Positions 24,905-36,172 of a DNA stretch of 64,000 nt are shown one piece after another; position 1 is the first letter of the stretch; every line of letters begins with the position of its first letter. A program made the translations under genes and the position numbers. Under the pieces are notes generated by a model. It searched no databases. It was not told the DNA's origin and worked only from the letters and a program-made list of their open reading frames with translations. The stretch is taken from positions 930,001 to 994,000 of the forward strand of contig CATNEN010000001.1 in assembly GCA_950097015.1 (NCBI GenBank). The letters are read 5' to 3'. The stretch is from Macrostomum hystrix (taxonomy: Eukaryota > Animalia > Platyhelminthes).

Positions 24905-25320
24905 TATAGTATTTTCGCGAAAATACTGATATGCTCTATAAACAAAGGTAAGGGCAGTATTTTTGCAAAAGTTATTAAAGTAGTGTGCATGGCTACATCT
25001 TATGGTATTTTCGCGAAAATACTGTTATGCTATTAAAAAAGGTAGTTGGCGGTATTTTGGCAAAAGTTCTTAAAGTAGTGTGCATGGCTACATCTTATGG
25101 TATTTTCGCGAAAATACTGATATGCTATTAAACAAAGGTAGTTGGCGGTATTTTTGCAAATGTTATTAAAGTAGGTAGTGTGCATGGCTACATCTTATGG
25201 TATTTTCGCGAAAATACTGATATGCTATTAAACAAAGGTAGTTGGCGGTATTTTTGCAAAAGTTCTTAAAGTAGTGTGCATGGCTACATCTTATGGTATT
25301 GTCGCGAATGCAGATACGCG
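24905..25320. repeat. Palindrome array 3 (about 5 units)
   Basis: Same GTATTTTCGCGAAAATAC / TTTTGCAAAA unit, upstream of the second gene 5 copy. Confidence 0.93.
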
Positions 25321-25607
25321 GCGGTTGAAGACAATAAGACGACAATATTTTTGCGAAAGTACTTTAAGTATTCATGATGACTATATCTAATGGTAATCAA
25401 TAACTAAATATGACTTGACTTCATTATATTTTATTATTATTCATTCCGCGAATACAATTTGCAACAGGTTCACTCATGTATTTTTGCTTGAGCGAATTAA
25501 TTGGGTTAAATAAATAGCTGGCATTAATTAAACGGCGAACAGGAAACTACAATTAGCTGTATTAAGTCTACCTAAAACTAGTGCTGCTACTGCTGCTGCT
25601 GCTGCTG

Positions 25608-26027
25608 TTACTGCTCAATTCGATATCGGCGGCTCCGGAGCAACTCTCGCAGTCTAGCCCTTTGCTGTACACCGCGCCAGTAGTCCAGGCCGTGTAGAAT
25701 GTGCTGCAGCTCCAAACATGTGTCCTCCAGCAGGCCTAGCAGCTCGGCCAAGTCGAAGGCCTCGTTCTCTGTTAGGCAGGTCACCTCCAGGATGGTCTCG
25801 TAGCCCGCAGCTGTATTGTGTTGTAGCAGCCAGTCCAGGAGGCTCTTCATCAGGGTGTGCAGCTGGGTGACGTTCAGCTCAGCAGTCGGGCAGTGGCGCT
25901 GCAGGCAGGTTAGCTGCTCCAATCGTCCTCGGTACGCCAGGAACGGGGCCAGACAGGCGATGTCGCATCTGGCCAGGAGTGCCACGGTGGCCGGCGAGCC
26001 GAACAGCGCCACAGGATGCGCATTCAT
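25608..26027 (-). CDS. Diverged, intact paralog of element gene 3 (139 aa)
   Basis: Colinear protein similarity to 10090-10470 and 60630-60926, including the full QQR.RLRE.LR...IEQ* tail, despite low DNA similarity. Confidence 0.72.
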   Translation of the reverse strand: MNAHPVALFGSPATVALLARCDIACLAPFLAYRGRLEQLTCLQRHCPTAELNVTQLHTLMKSLLDWLLQHNTAAGYETILEVTCLTENEAFDLAELLGLLEDTCLELQHILHGLDYWRGVQQRARLRELLRSRRYRIEQ

Positions 26028-26129
26028 CGTGAGTTCTACACAACCAACAATGTCGTGAGTGCAACAGCAGCGCGTCTAACACTAGCAGAAGTAGAATTAG
26101 AATAGGAAGCAGAGTTCTAAATGGAAAGT

Positions 26130-26570
26130 AAATACAGTATTTTCGCGAAGGTAAGGGCAGTATTTTTGCAAAAGTAGCGTGACTACATCTTATGGTATTT
26201 TCGCAAATGCAGATACGTATTCTCAGACAAAGTGACTTTTTACCATAGACAAATTTAGTGTATTTCTGTAAATTGCCAAAACTCACGAATGAGTTTTTTC
26301 GCGAAAAGACAATATGTACTATATTGAATACTTGCAAATGAAAAATAGTGTCTGTTTTTGCGAAAATACTGCTATGCTATTAAACAAAGGTAGTTGGCGG
26401 TATTTTTGCAAAAGTTATTAAAGTAGGTAGTGTGCGTGGCTACATCGTATGGTATTTTCGCGAAAATACTGCGATGCTATTAAACAAAGGTAGTTGGCGG
26501 TATTTTTGTAAAAGTTCTCAAAGTAGGTGTGTGCATGGCTATATATTATGGTATTTTCGCGAATGTAGAT
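26130..26570. repeat. Palindrome array 4 (degenerate units)
   Basis: Same unit; followed by 26560-26880, which matches 15130-15460. Confidence 0.88.
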
Positions 26571-27057
26571 ACGTATTCTCAGACAAAGTGACTTGTACTT
26601 TTTTACCATCGACAAATTTAGTATATTTCTGCTAATTGTCAATAATCACGAATGATTTTTTCGTGTATCTTCGGCTTTTAAGAAAACGAGAATAGTTTAA
26701 TCTTAGTTTAATCAGATGATAATCAAATGATTTCATTTGTTAATTAATTTATTTACTAACGAAATAATCACAGTGTTGACAATCATTAGCATCTTAACAA
26801 TATGTAAGAGAGCAACAAAGAGAACATATGAGATTCTCGGTTGTAAAGGGACGGGTATTAGTGGGGGTATCACAATTGACAAAATTTGCATCGGACGTTT
26901 TGGCAAGCAGACCCCAACTATCGGAAGTTTAGTCCAGTGGACCCCAGCTTAGACTGTGGATTCCCCTATGTACAAGTGGCCAAAAGTTGGAAATCCGCTA
27001 CTCAAGGCCGCACTCTAGACCCAACCGTCTATGGCACTAGCATATGTATGCTATAGA

Positions 27058-27183
27058 GCCAAAACGTCCACTGCCAGAACGTCCACTGCCAAAACGTCCA
27101 CTGCCAAAACGTCCACTGCCAAAACGTCCACTGCCAAAACGTCCACTGCCAAAACGTCCACTGCCAGAACGTCCACTGCCAAA
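27058..27183. repeat. 15-bp tandem repeat GCCAAAACGTCCACT, about 8 copies
   Basis: Direct repeats visible in the sequence. Confidence 0.95.
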
Positions 27184-27617
27184 TCTCCCTATGGCTACTA
27201 GGCTACTACTAACAGTAGGCATGCGTCGCGCAAAAAGACTGAATGACCTTTTTTTGATCTCCCTAGTGTATTTCTAAAAATAGAACACCATAGGTGGTCA
27301 TTTCGCGAAAATACTGACGCGCATATACGAAATGACATTTTTTGATCTCCGTAATGTATTTCTATTATTAGAACAACTAAGCTTATGTCTTTTTGCAATC
27401 GGGCACTTCGGAGCATGTAGTCATGTTTGCGAAAGTACTAATGTATATCACTTTGTCCTTCATGCACCATTTCATTGTGCTTTCGCGAATGCACCGAGTT
27501 TGCATGGACGGACTAACTTATTACCGCATATTGTATACTATGTTAGTTGATATATCATGAACAATTGTAGAAGCTACTGCATGTACTTTCTCTTTCATAA
27601 CCCTTTAACATGTACAG

Positions 27618-29012
27618 GCTTGCATTGGATTGATTCGTCAGCGGCAAGAGAATATTTATCACCTGCGCGATGACGAACGCCAGCTGTCCTACACGGATAA
27701 GTTCCTGACCGCTGACGAATGGCGCATCATTCACAACCGGCTAGACTGCCTGATTTATATGGTCGCCAAACATTCGTGGTCTCATCTACCCGTGAAGGGC
27801 TACTGGGGTCGCATTGGACAATGTGCACGTCGAATGGCCAACGTCGTCGGCAAATGGAATACATTTATTATGCCGATCACTCGTGAACTGGCCTTCTTCT
27901 GTGCAGCAATTGTACATGCCAACCGACTACGTCCATGGGTCGCGATTCGGCGTTGCTATTTGGATGCTGCACTCAATAGCGGCGTATCAACGTCCTCCAC
28001 CATTGTCACAGTCCTGCCGCCTACCGAAGTGGCACACAAAAAGGGCGGTCGTGGTAAAGGTGCAAGCTGGACTGCGCCACGCAAAGTCGGCGAATGTCTA
28101 CTGCAATGGATAGACAACTTTCTATTGCCATACTTCGCCGAGTGCAACATCCATGTCAGGCCAGGCAAATGTCTGCTGTTTCCTACGCATCGTGGCAAGC
28201 AGCGTGACTCGACAAGTTTCAGCACGCTTGTCAAGCAGGGCGCCGAGTTGGTCATCGATCGGCCCTATCGCATGGGCGATGGTCGTCGAAATGTACTGTC
28301 GGCCTATGTGCACGCGCATCCCGACAAGCTAGACCAGCTGGTGCCTCTGTACGACATATCGCGCAACTGTGTCGTCAATGCGTATGGACGCCTGGCCAAA
28401 CAGCAGGCCAATCTGATGGTCGCCGACGACGTCAGAGGATGTTTCGAGACATTCTGTCACAATCGGCCTCTTGATCGTCGACATCAACGACATCCAACAG
28501 CCGAAAACGACACGAAGCGGCGTCGCTCTGCCTGTAGCGTTGATCTGGACGCAACCAATTCATCGGCTGCATCTCCTCTACCTGCTGATGACATTGTGAT
28601 GCCACATAGTCAACGCACACGCAAGCGACGCGTTCGACGGTCGTCCATTTGCAAGGCCACTGACAAGAAGCGACCTCGAATGTCGACAATGCGACCCGCT
28701 ACGGTTAGTCCTAGATGTTCAACAACGGACAACACCGAGTCGACAAAGCCGGCCATCGATTCAGCAACACCATCGCCTATTTCGTCTACATCGTCTAGAC
28801 GACGCAGTCTTAGTCAACCGCCGATGCTTGGAGCATCGGCTGGACAAGGCAACGTTCACGACGATATCGACGAAGGTGATGATGGTGAACAACAGCACGT
28901 CAGCAATGACAATGAGACCAGCTCGGATTCTGAGCTACTCATGGTTCGTCGAACGGAATACAGGACGCGATCTGGGCGCCTGATCAGTTCGAGAACTAGA
29001 CTGGACATCTGA
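27618..29012 (+). pseudogene. Inverted partial copy of gene 6: intron 2 remnant plus the complete recombinase exon 3
   Basis: About 27527-29091 is the reverse complement of about 15460-17035; protein nearly identical; exons 1-2 absent upstream. Confidence 0.85.
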
Positions 29013-29389
29013 ATGCTCATATTGTCCCAGTCGTGTCATCTGACTTAATATGTGCTGATTGTCTGATTTGCCAAACTATTATCAATTGTGTACTTAAATA
29101 ATTGCGTAATAAACTAACGATTAATTACAGAGAATGAAATTGTGTATATTTTTTCTGTAGAACTAATTGTTCCCATTGCAATTGATAAAAATATAACTGA
29201 ACTGAGAACTAGCTTTTGGTTATCGAGACAAAAAACAAAATGGCATATTTGATATTTGATATAATCGTAGCGGCCTGTATCATGAAGTTTATAGGAAGTG
29301 ATAGGAAGGGAGTAAATAAAACTTAGGAAGTGCAAATTTCAATTAGATCTTACTCGATGATTTCAAATTCCCATTTGTGTCAGTCAGAT

Positions 29390-30540
29390 TTAATTCCGAG
29401 AGTAGCGTCATTTTCTACTCGTATCATTGCTGGCCAGCAAGGATAGGTTTTAAACTTCGCCCAAACGATGTCACCTTCGATCATATCGTTTGATGCCACA
29501 TGGATCTTTATTTTTCGTACCACTGAGGCTGCTGCGCTTTCAATGCATTCCTTTGAGTCTTATTTGCTTCTTCATCGCTCCGCATCTCTCCCGGCCCTTA
29601 GAATTTCTTTCCTGGCGGACTCTGCATCACTTCTGGCGGACTCTGCATCACTCTTGACGGGCTTTGCATATCTCCTACCTCCCTTTGCTTCTCCTCCGTT
29701 AGATGTGCCTCGTCATACAGCTTCTCTGTAATGAACCTTCCAACCTTGGCCATCGTTGAAGTTGTCGCCATATAGCTTTGCAGAGCTACTTCTTTTGTGC
29801 GCAGCATCCGCTTGCTTGTTCAGCAGAATTTGTTCTTTTTCTGGAAGTCCTTCACGACTATTTGTAGCAAAGAAGTTACGAAATGTTCGGACGTCAAATC
29901 GGTTGAGTTGGCTTCGAGTATTTTTTCTTGCAGTTTCGCGGGAAAGTGGAAAAAGAGTGGTCCTTAATATTTTAACCGTAACCGAACAAATAATCGTTAG
30001 GTGCGGCCCCAATTTGCATGCGGTAATCACCGTGAGCAATGAGGATATACCTTATCTCTGTCAGGGATACCATCACCGCACCTTGTTTTATAGTCTTGTT
30101 GTTTTCCACTTCAAACATTGCTTCAGGGTCGTTTTGCAGATCAGTTTCCCAGTAGTACATTCTACTATTTTGGCATTTGATACAGCATCAGCTCGATGAC
30201 AATTGCCCTTACTGAAAACGAAGTGAAGCTCAATGAATAGAAAGGATACTTCGGATTCAACAGGCTCGTCAAATAGGGACTTGCGAAGCTCATTTAGCAT
30301 CTTACTAACAACTTGAAGGTCTTCTGTAAAGAGGCAGTTTTTGTGAAGCTTTTGGCGACGCGCGGCCTCTGCTTCTTTTTTGTCTTGCAACCTCGAACGT
30401 CCGTAATTGCTGCAAGTGTAGAGGATTGAGTCTGGCTCGTTCATTGCTTTAATCTGCTTAATAAGGCTCGAAAATGTGCTTTTCAAGTACACATCATTTA
30501 GTATTCTTACTAAGCTAGCTAAACAAGCTACTAACATTAT
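29390..30540 (-). pseudogene. Unrelated degenerate tyrosine recombinase with a C-terminal PWWP domain
   Basis: Fragments in shifting frames: NCHRADAV (R), NNKT (K), YLFG, VRTFRNFFAT, ML(R)TKEVALQSY (Y), then EGDIVWAKFKTYPCWPAMI at about 29425-29480. Confidence 0.7.
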
Positions 30541-31169
30541 TTGCTCTTGCTATTGTTCAAATATAGCTGTACCAATACTTTATATTAAAATCTGAAGCAA
30601 ACATGTTTTTATATATCAATATCTATATCATGATTATGGTAAAAATGCCTAAATCAAGTGTTTATACGTTTTTTTGCTATAAAATTATTTAATAATAAAC
30701 CGAAGGTTCCCTTTATATTTATATCCTTTATATCTATTATATTTTACAATTTTGCGGAATTGTAAATATAAGTAGCTAAGTGTCTGTCCTATATATATAA
30801 TACTCGTACATATAATATTTTATTATCATAATTATATGAAAAAATGTGACATTTCTATATTGACTATAAAATAATTGTTATATAATACTTCAATGGCCTT
30901 GCTTATGTCCCTCGTAGGAAAAATAGAATCCCTATTAGAAAATTGCAATTACGAGCTTGGCAATTGGCATAGCTAGCTATATATTATAACTATATAATAA
31001 AGAAGCAAAAAAAATTGTTGTTATTAACCATGTCACGAAAAGATAATTAAATTCGCTTTTATGAAGTTCACTTTCAATAGCAGCTATATTTATAAAAAAG
31101 CACAGTTTTGGAACTGTATATACTCGTAGTTAATTTAAAAGCTAGGTAATCTACTTAAGTTGCTCTAAT

Positions 31170-31700
31170 GGTTGCGTGACACAGTTTGCTCTTGAAAGTC
31201 CAAACTCATCTTGCATGTCCAATAGTGCATCGGCAATGAGCCAGTTTGCTGGTGAAGCTAGATAAATGCAACACATTTTTTCAGTAGCAATTTTCCGATT
31301 GTCCCAGTAGCGCAGACATAGTGACAGTCGCTCAGTGCGCGCTGCATCACATGTTTCATCTGCAATTTTCGCATAGTATTCTTAGAATCACCGTGCCAAT
31401 GCAGTCAACAATGCGATTTTGTCTGCAGGTATTTCAGACGGCCAGCTGCTTCATGGTGCCCTCGTATGGCCTGATTGGTTCGACCAAGATATTCAATGTC
31501 ATGCAATACTGCTTCAAGAATGTAGCGGTTGTTCTTGACTTCAACTGATGCCTGTGTATGTAGATACTTAGAAATACCTACACTTGGAGCATCAATTCTA
31601 GATTGCCTTCTTAATTCAAGAAGGCAAGTGACGGCATAACAGTGAAACTTGCAAGATGACAGATGTAGACCCATCTTGACCATACATATTTTTAAACGAT
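31170..31700 (-). mobile_element. hAT (ZMYM1/DUF4371-like) transposase fragment
   Basis: NNRYILEAVLHDIEYLGRTNQAIRGH and IADETCDAARTERLSLCLRY motifs. Confidence 0.8.
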
Positions 31701-32849
31701 GTTAGTGGTTTCACTACATGTGAGCCCCACAGAAGCAGCTAATGTGACCCAAGGAAGAGCTTCGTCGTGGGTTATCAACAACTGGATCTCTCAGCTGCTA
31801 CCGAGCTAGCACTTTATTTAGTCAGTCAAGCCTCGAGCATAAAGAGAGCATCAGAACACATTAACGGCGCGCACACAGGAACGACTGCTGGGAAAGAGAT
31901 AGAATAAGACATAGACATAAGTGTGGACTTGAAATAAGCAATGGGAGAGGCTCTGCCAAACCATCGAAGTAAGACAATAATATGTAGTACAAAACGGTTA
32001 TGGGACGAGGCTTGTGTGCATGAGACGCACAACATGCACGTGATATCGTGAAGGTATCGTGAAACAACACGCGAAAACAACAGTTGCAATGTCCGTTGTC
32101 TCTAAATTCGAATCTTATCATGTGGGCACTATGAACTGAACCTCTCTGGTTGCCGACGAATCCGTGAACTTCTGCGAAGCTGCGTCTCTTGCGACTGTTG
32201 CTGCTTCTCGGACATCGGGACCTCTGCCTCCTCCTCATCATCAGCGTCCGGGAGCCGAACAGATTGGGGTGCCAGCTGATTGGTGCTGGCCAACTGTAGC
32301 CGATCGTCCGTGAGCACCCAAGCAGTGTTTCTTTCTGCAGTCATCACAAATGTAGCCGAGGTGCCAGGAGACGCATTCTGCTTGAAGTGAACTGTCTCGC
32401 CCTGGACAAAGGGCGAGACAATAGGCACACGCAGCCGTCTCCCAAAAATCAGTTCAGCTGGGCTCTTGCCGCGAGACATCGCTGAATTGCGGTGGTGAAA
32501 GAGTACTTTCTGAAGGAACGGAAGAAAGTCCATATGAGTGACACGCTCTGTCCATCTTTTAGGGCTGTCTTGACGGTACAAACTGCACGCTCCGCCGATC
32601 CATTTGCCTGCGGATAGTATGGCGGTGACTCCAACTTCCGGACACCGTTTGCACGCAAAAATGACGACAGTGGGTCCCCAGTGAATTCAGGTGCATTGTC
32701 AGAAACCAGAACTTCCGGGACACCAAATCGAGAAAAAACTGTGACCAGCGACCGCACGACACTATCACTGGACCTATCGCGGGACGGGAACGCTTCGATC
32801 CATCCGGAAAAGGTGTCCACCACAATCAAGATGTTCCCAGCATCCTTTA

Positions 32850-35800
32850 CATTTGGGTCAGCGGAATGAGTCCAAATTTCCGCGGAACTCTGTGTGAAAG
32901 CGTCCCCTGCTTGCTCTTCTCGGATTGGTGGGTGTCGGGCCAATAAACCGAGGGGAGAGGTTTTCGATGTCACTTGGGATTCCCCATCCTTGCACGCAGC
33001 AATTAATTTTCTACCTGGAATCTAGTGCTTGCACCTGGACAGCAATCGAAATAATTTTGAAAATTGATGAGAACAGCTTCGCCATAAACACGATTAGTTA
33101 GAATAAGAGAAAATGAGCCGCCGCTCATCAAGACAACCGACCATTTGGTTGCTAGGACTTTTTGACGCAGATGGTCTAGTAGATTCTATTGAATTTAAGC
33201 AGGCAGTGCCTAAAGTTGGAGAGCGAATAAACATAAACTACTATGGAGACGAACAGCTTGTCGGAGTCTCAGCGAGGTGCGCAACTGTCACATCAAAAGT
33301 GCTGCTACTGCAAAATGCGATCCTAACTCATTCCTGTGCATGGTTTATTCAAGCGCATAACATTGGCGAAAATGATTGCCAGCGTAGTACATGTAATGCT
33401 TCCAATGAGTAATGACCCTCCTTTCTCCCAGGGAGGAAGGGTTTCTTATTTTATGTAATTGAAAGCGTGTCAAATGTTTTCGGACTAACTTTTGCCTCTC
33501 GCCTAAAGTATCGCGAATTCCAGAAATGGGTAACCGGAATTTAATTTCGTAATCCTAAAGTCCGATTCCAACTACGTTTTAAATCCCAGTGCTTTTTAAA
33601 AATCCAACTCACAGCCTATCTAAAAATCCAACTGCCTATCTAGAAATGGGATTGAGGGAGTTTTGAAAGAAGGCTTTGTTCTGTCTTTGGGGTTCAGCTC
33701 TAACGGCTTGAGTCATAAACACACTGAATCTTCGAAACCGGCTAAATCAATAATTCTTCTTGTCTCTAGGGTTCCTCGAACTATTCAATCCTTCTACCCC
33801 CAACTCTCGCTTTCCATCATTCCTTTCCCACAGCACGAACCCTAGCACCACCCTTCTACCCCTTTGCTTCACGTATGCTTCATGCAAAATATAAATATAA
33901 TGGCATTATTGCATTTTATTCACAGTTCAGGAAATCAAACTCATCTTGTCACATGGTTAAGCGAAAGTGATTTTAATTTGCGATCATAACTAGAGAAAGG
34001 AAGTAATTGTCAGATGAAAATGAGCATAAAACGCAGCTATGAGTATATTGGTTCAGTCAATGCAAAAAAGCAATGCCCATGCATGTAAGGGCATTGCATA
34101 GCTGTAAGTGTCCAATTAAAAGCCAGATGGGAGGCCGAGGCCAAGGGCAACAGCAGGAAGCACGGTGTGGACGTGGTCGATAAAACGATTGCACTTTTCG
34201 GCTGTCACAGTCGACCAGAATTCGTGAATGCCTTTTACCAGGTCTTCCTGTGTTCGCGGCTTGACATTCTTGTCCAAGTAGGATTTCATGTGGCTCCACA
34301 TGTTCTGCAAGTAACCACATACATGTATATGTAGTATGTACTAAGTTAGAAAGTTTTAACACATAGGCCTTTAGCATGCTGGCCAATTGGAACCCCACTT
34401 CCATTGTTCCTTGGGTCGGAAAGTGTTAACACAAATCTGTGTCCCTTAGCTGCTGGTCTTTGCCCAAGCTCCACTAAGATCCGCTAAGCCTGACTCGCTG
34501 TGCTCCACTGTGAGTGTCGCGGGAAAAATCGATAACTGGTGGGTAGTGGGTAGAGCATTGACTGAGTTCAGCTCTTTCTCGTGGCTGCGTGCCGCCTCAT
34601 GAGTCAGCCCCGATAGAGAAAATTCTTCAAGTTTTCCCTCCCTCTTTTACGATTCTTAAAATCTATTTATTTAAGATTAAATAACAGCTTACCTCAACTG
34701 GTGACATGAGGTCAGGTGATTCAGCGGGAGTCCTGCACCAGTTGATCCCGCTTTGTTTGATGAACTCCAAGGAGCGACGGCTGGTGTGCTTCGGATCATT
34801 GTCCTGTATAAGCCATGCATGTGCAACTAGATTTCAATGCTTCAGGCTTTCTGCAATCATTATTCTCACACTTAATTCTGATCTCGTTCGACCCCTTCTT
34901 CTTTCAACCCTTTCTCTCTTCAATTCACTTTTTTATCATTCATTCCTTCCAAGGACCATAATTGTCTACTTGTCTTGAAAGTCCTTGACTCACTATTGTT
35001 TCTCTTTCCCACTCCTTGCTTCACCATTTATCTGGAACACCTTGATCAGAAAGAAAAAATGATGCAGCGGCTTACCGCAAACAGTCTGTGTCCATCAGGA
35101 AACATGCGTCGGATGGTAGGGAGCAGAGTTTTGCTGAGAATTTCTTCAACGTAGAATTCTGCAGTCATGCACCCTCTGAAGACAAGAAGCTCGGTAGCTT
35201 CTCTGCGGCTGATTCCAGCCCAAACATGGACCTGGAAATTAAGTTTAGAAAGTTGTCTTACTAAATATAGCTATCAGCAATGCTAACTTGCAATCAATTT
35301 GCTGTTTGAAGTGTTGAATGATGTTACGATAGATTTGATAAAAAGAACAGCTTACCTTCAGGGGATGCTTTGGTTGACAACATTTCGGCCTGGGGGCATT
35401 CAAGCGCCTGAAGGCAATCTGATGTGTCTTTCTGGACATGGCAACTGAACACTCATCAGTGAAAATGGCGTCATGAAACTGATCACCGGTTTCAAGCATC
35501 GCCAAGCTCCACAGGCATCTGACAGCCTGATTCTTGGCCTTGATTAGCTGGCAATACTGAGTGGTCGTCTTGACCCACCCCAGAATGCGCCGAATCTTCT
35601 TCACTGTGGAGAGGCTGAGACTCAGGTTAAATTTCACCTTCACTTGGTTGCGGAGATCTCGAGCCGAAATTTTTCCTTCAGTCTGTTGGATCATGTTGTC
35701 AATGAACACCGCATGCCGCAGCGCCCAAAGTCGGCAAGGCTTTCTTAGATTGTCAGCCTTCCGCAAGCAACTGAAAAGCACTCTCTTGACTGTTTTTGGC

Positions 35801-36172
35801 AAAATGCTTAATGCTTCCGAAATGGACTTCACACTCTGCTTCCTCTCAAAATAGAGCTTTAAAATTTCTGCCTTCTGACTATCTGTGACATGGCAGCCTC
35901 TTTTCATAGCTAGAGTTACAATAAAAGACTATTTAATAATGCAGCAATTACACTTGGAAAGTTAAATAGGGATATCGGTTTCTGGTTATAGTGAGCATTC
36001 ACTATATACATGTAGCTCAAAGCAAAGAGAGTAGTATGCTGATGACATTTTGAGGGCAACCCTCAAAAGTTTCCCCCGTGGGCTCAGCCAATAGGAACAC
36101 ATTTCACACAATTTTCCACGGAATTCCGCGGCCATTCCGCGGAAATTTGGACTCATTCCGTTGACCCAACTG
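32850..36172 (-). mobile_element. Tc1-like DNA transposon, 3.3 kb, about 38-bp TIRs, TA duplication
   Basis: TIR CA(G/T)TTGGGTCA(A/G)CGGAATGAGTCCAAATTTCCGCGGAA at both ends; TA at 32848-49 and 36173-74; removing the element restores the Gypsy integrase frame. Confidence 0.95.
34116..35907 (-). CDS. Apparently intact 4-exon Tc1-like transposase, about 335 aa (exons 35907-35356, 35231-35076, 34803-34693, 34304-34116)
   Basis: Three phase-0 GTAAG...CAG introns; spliced product reads IFTDEC...KHPLK|VHVWAGIS...LFA|DNDPKH...ESPDLMSPVE|NMWSHMK with no stops. Confidence 0.88.
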
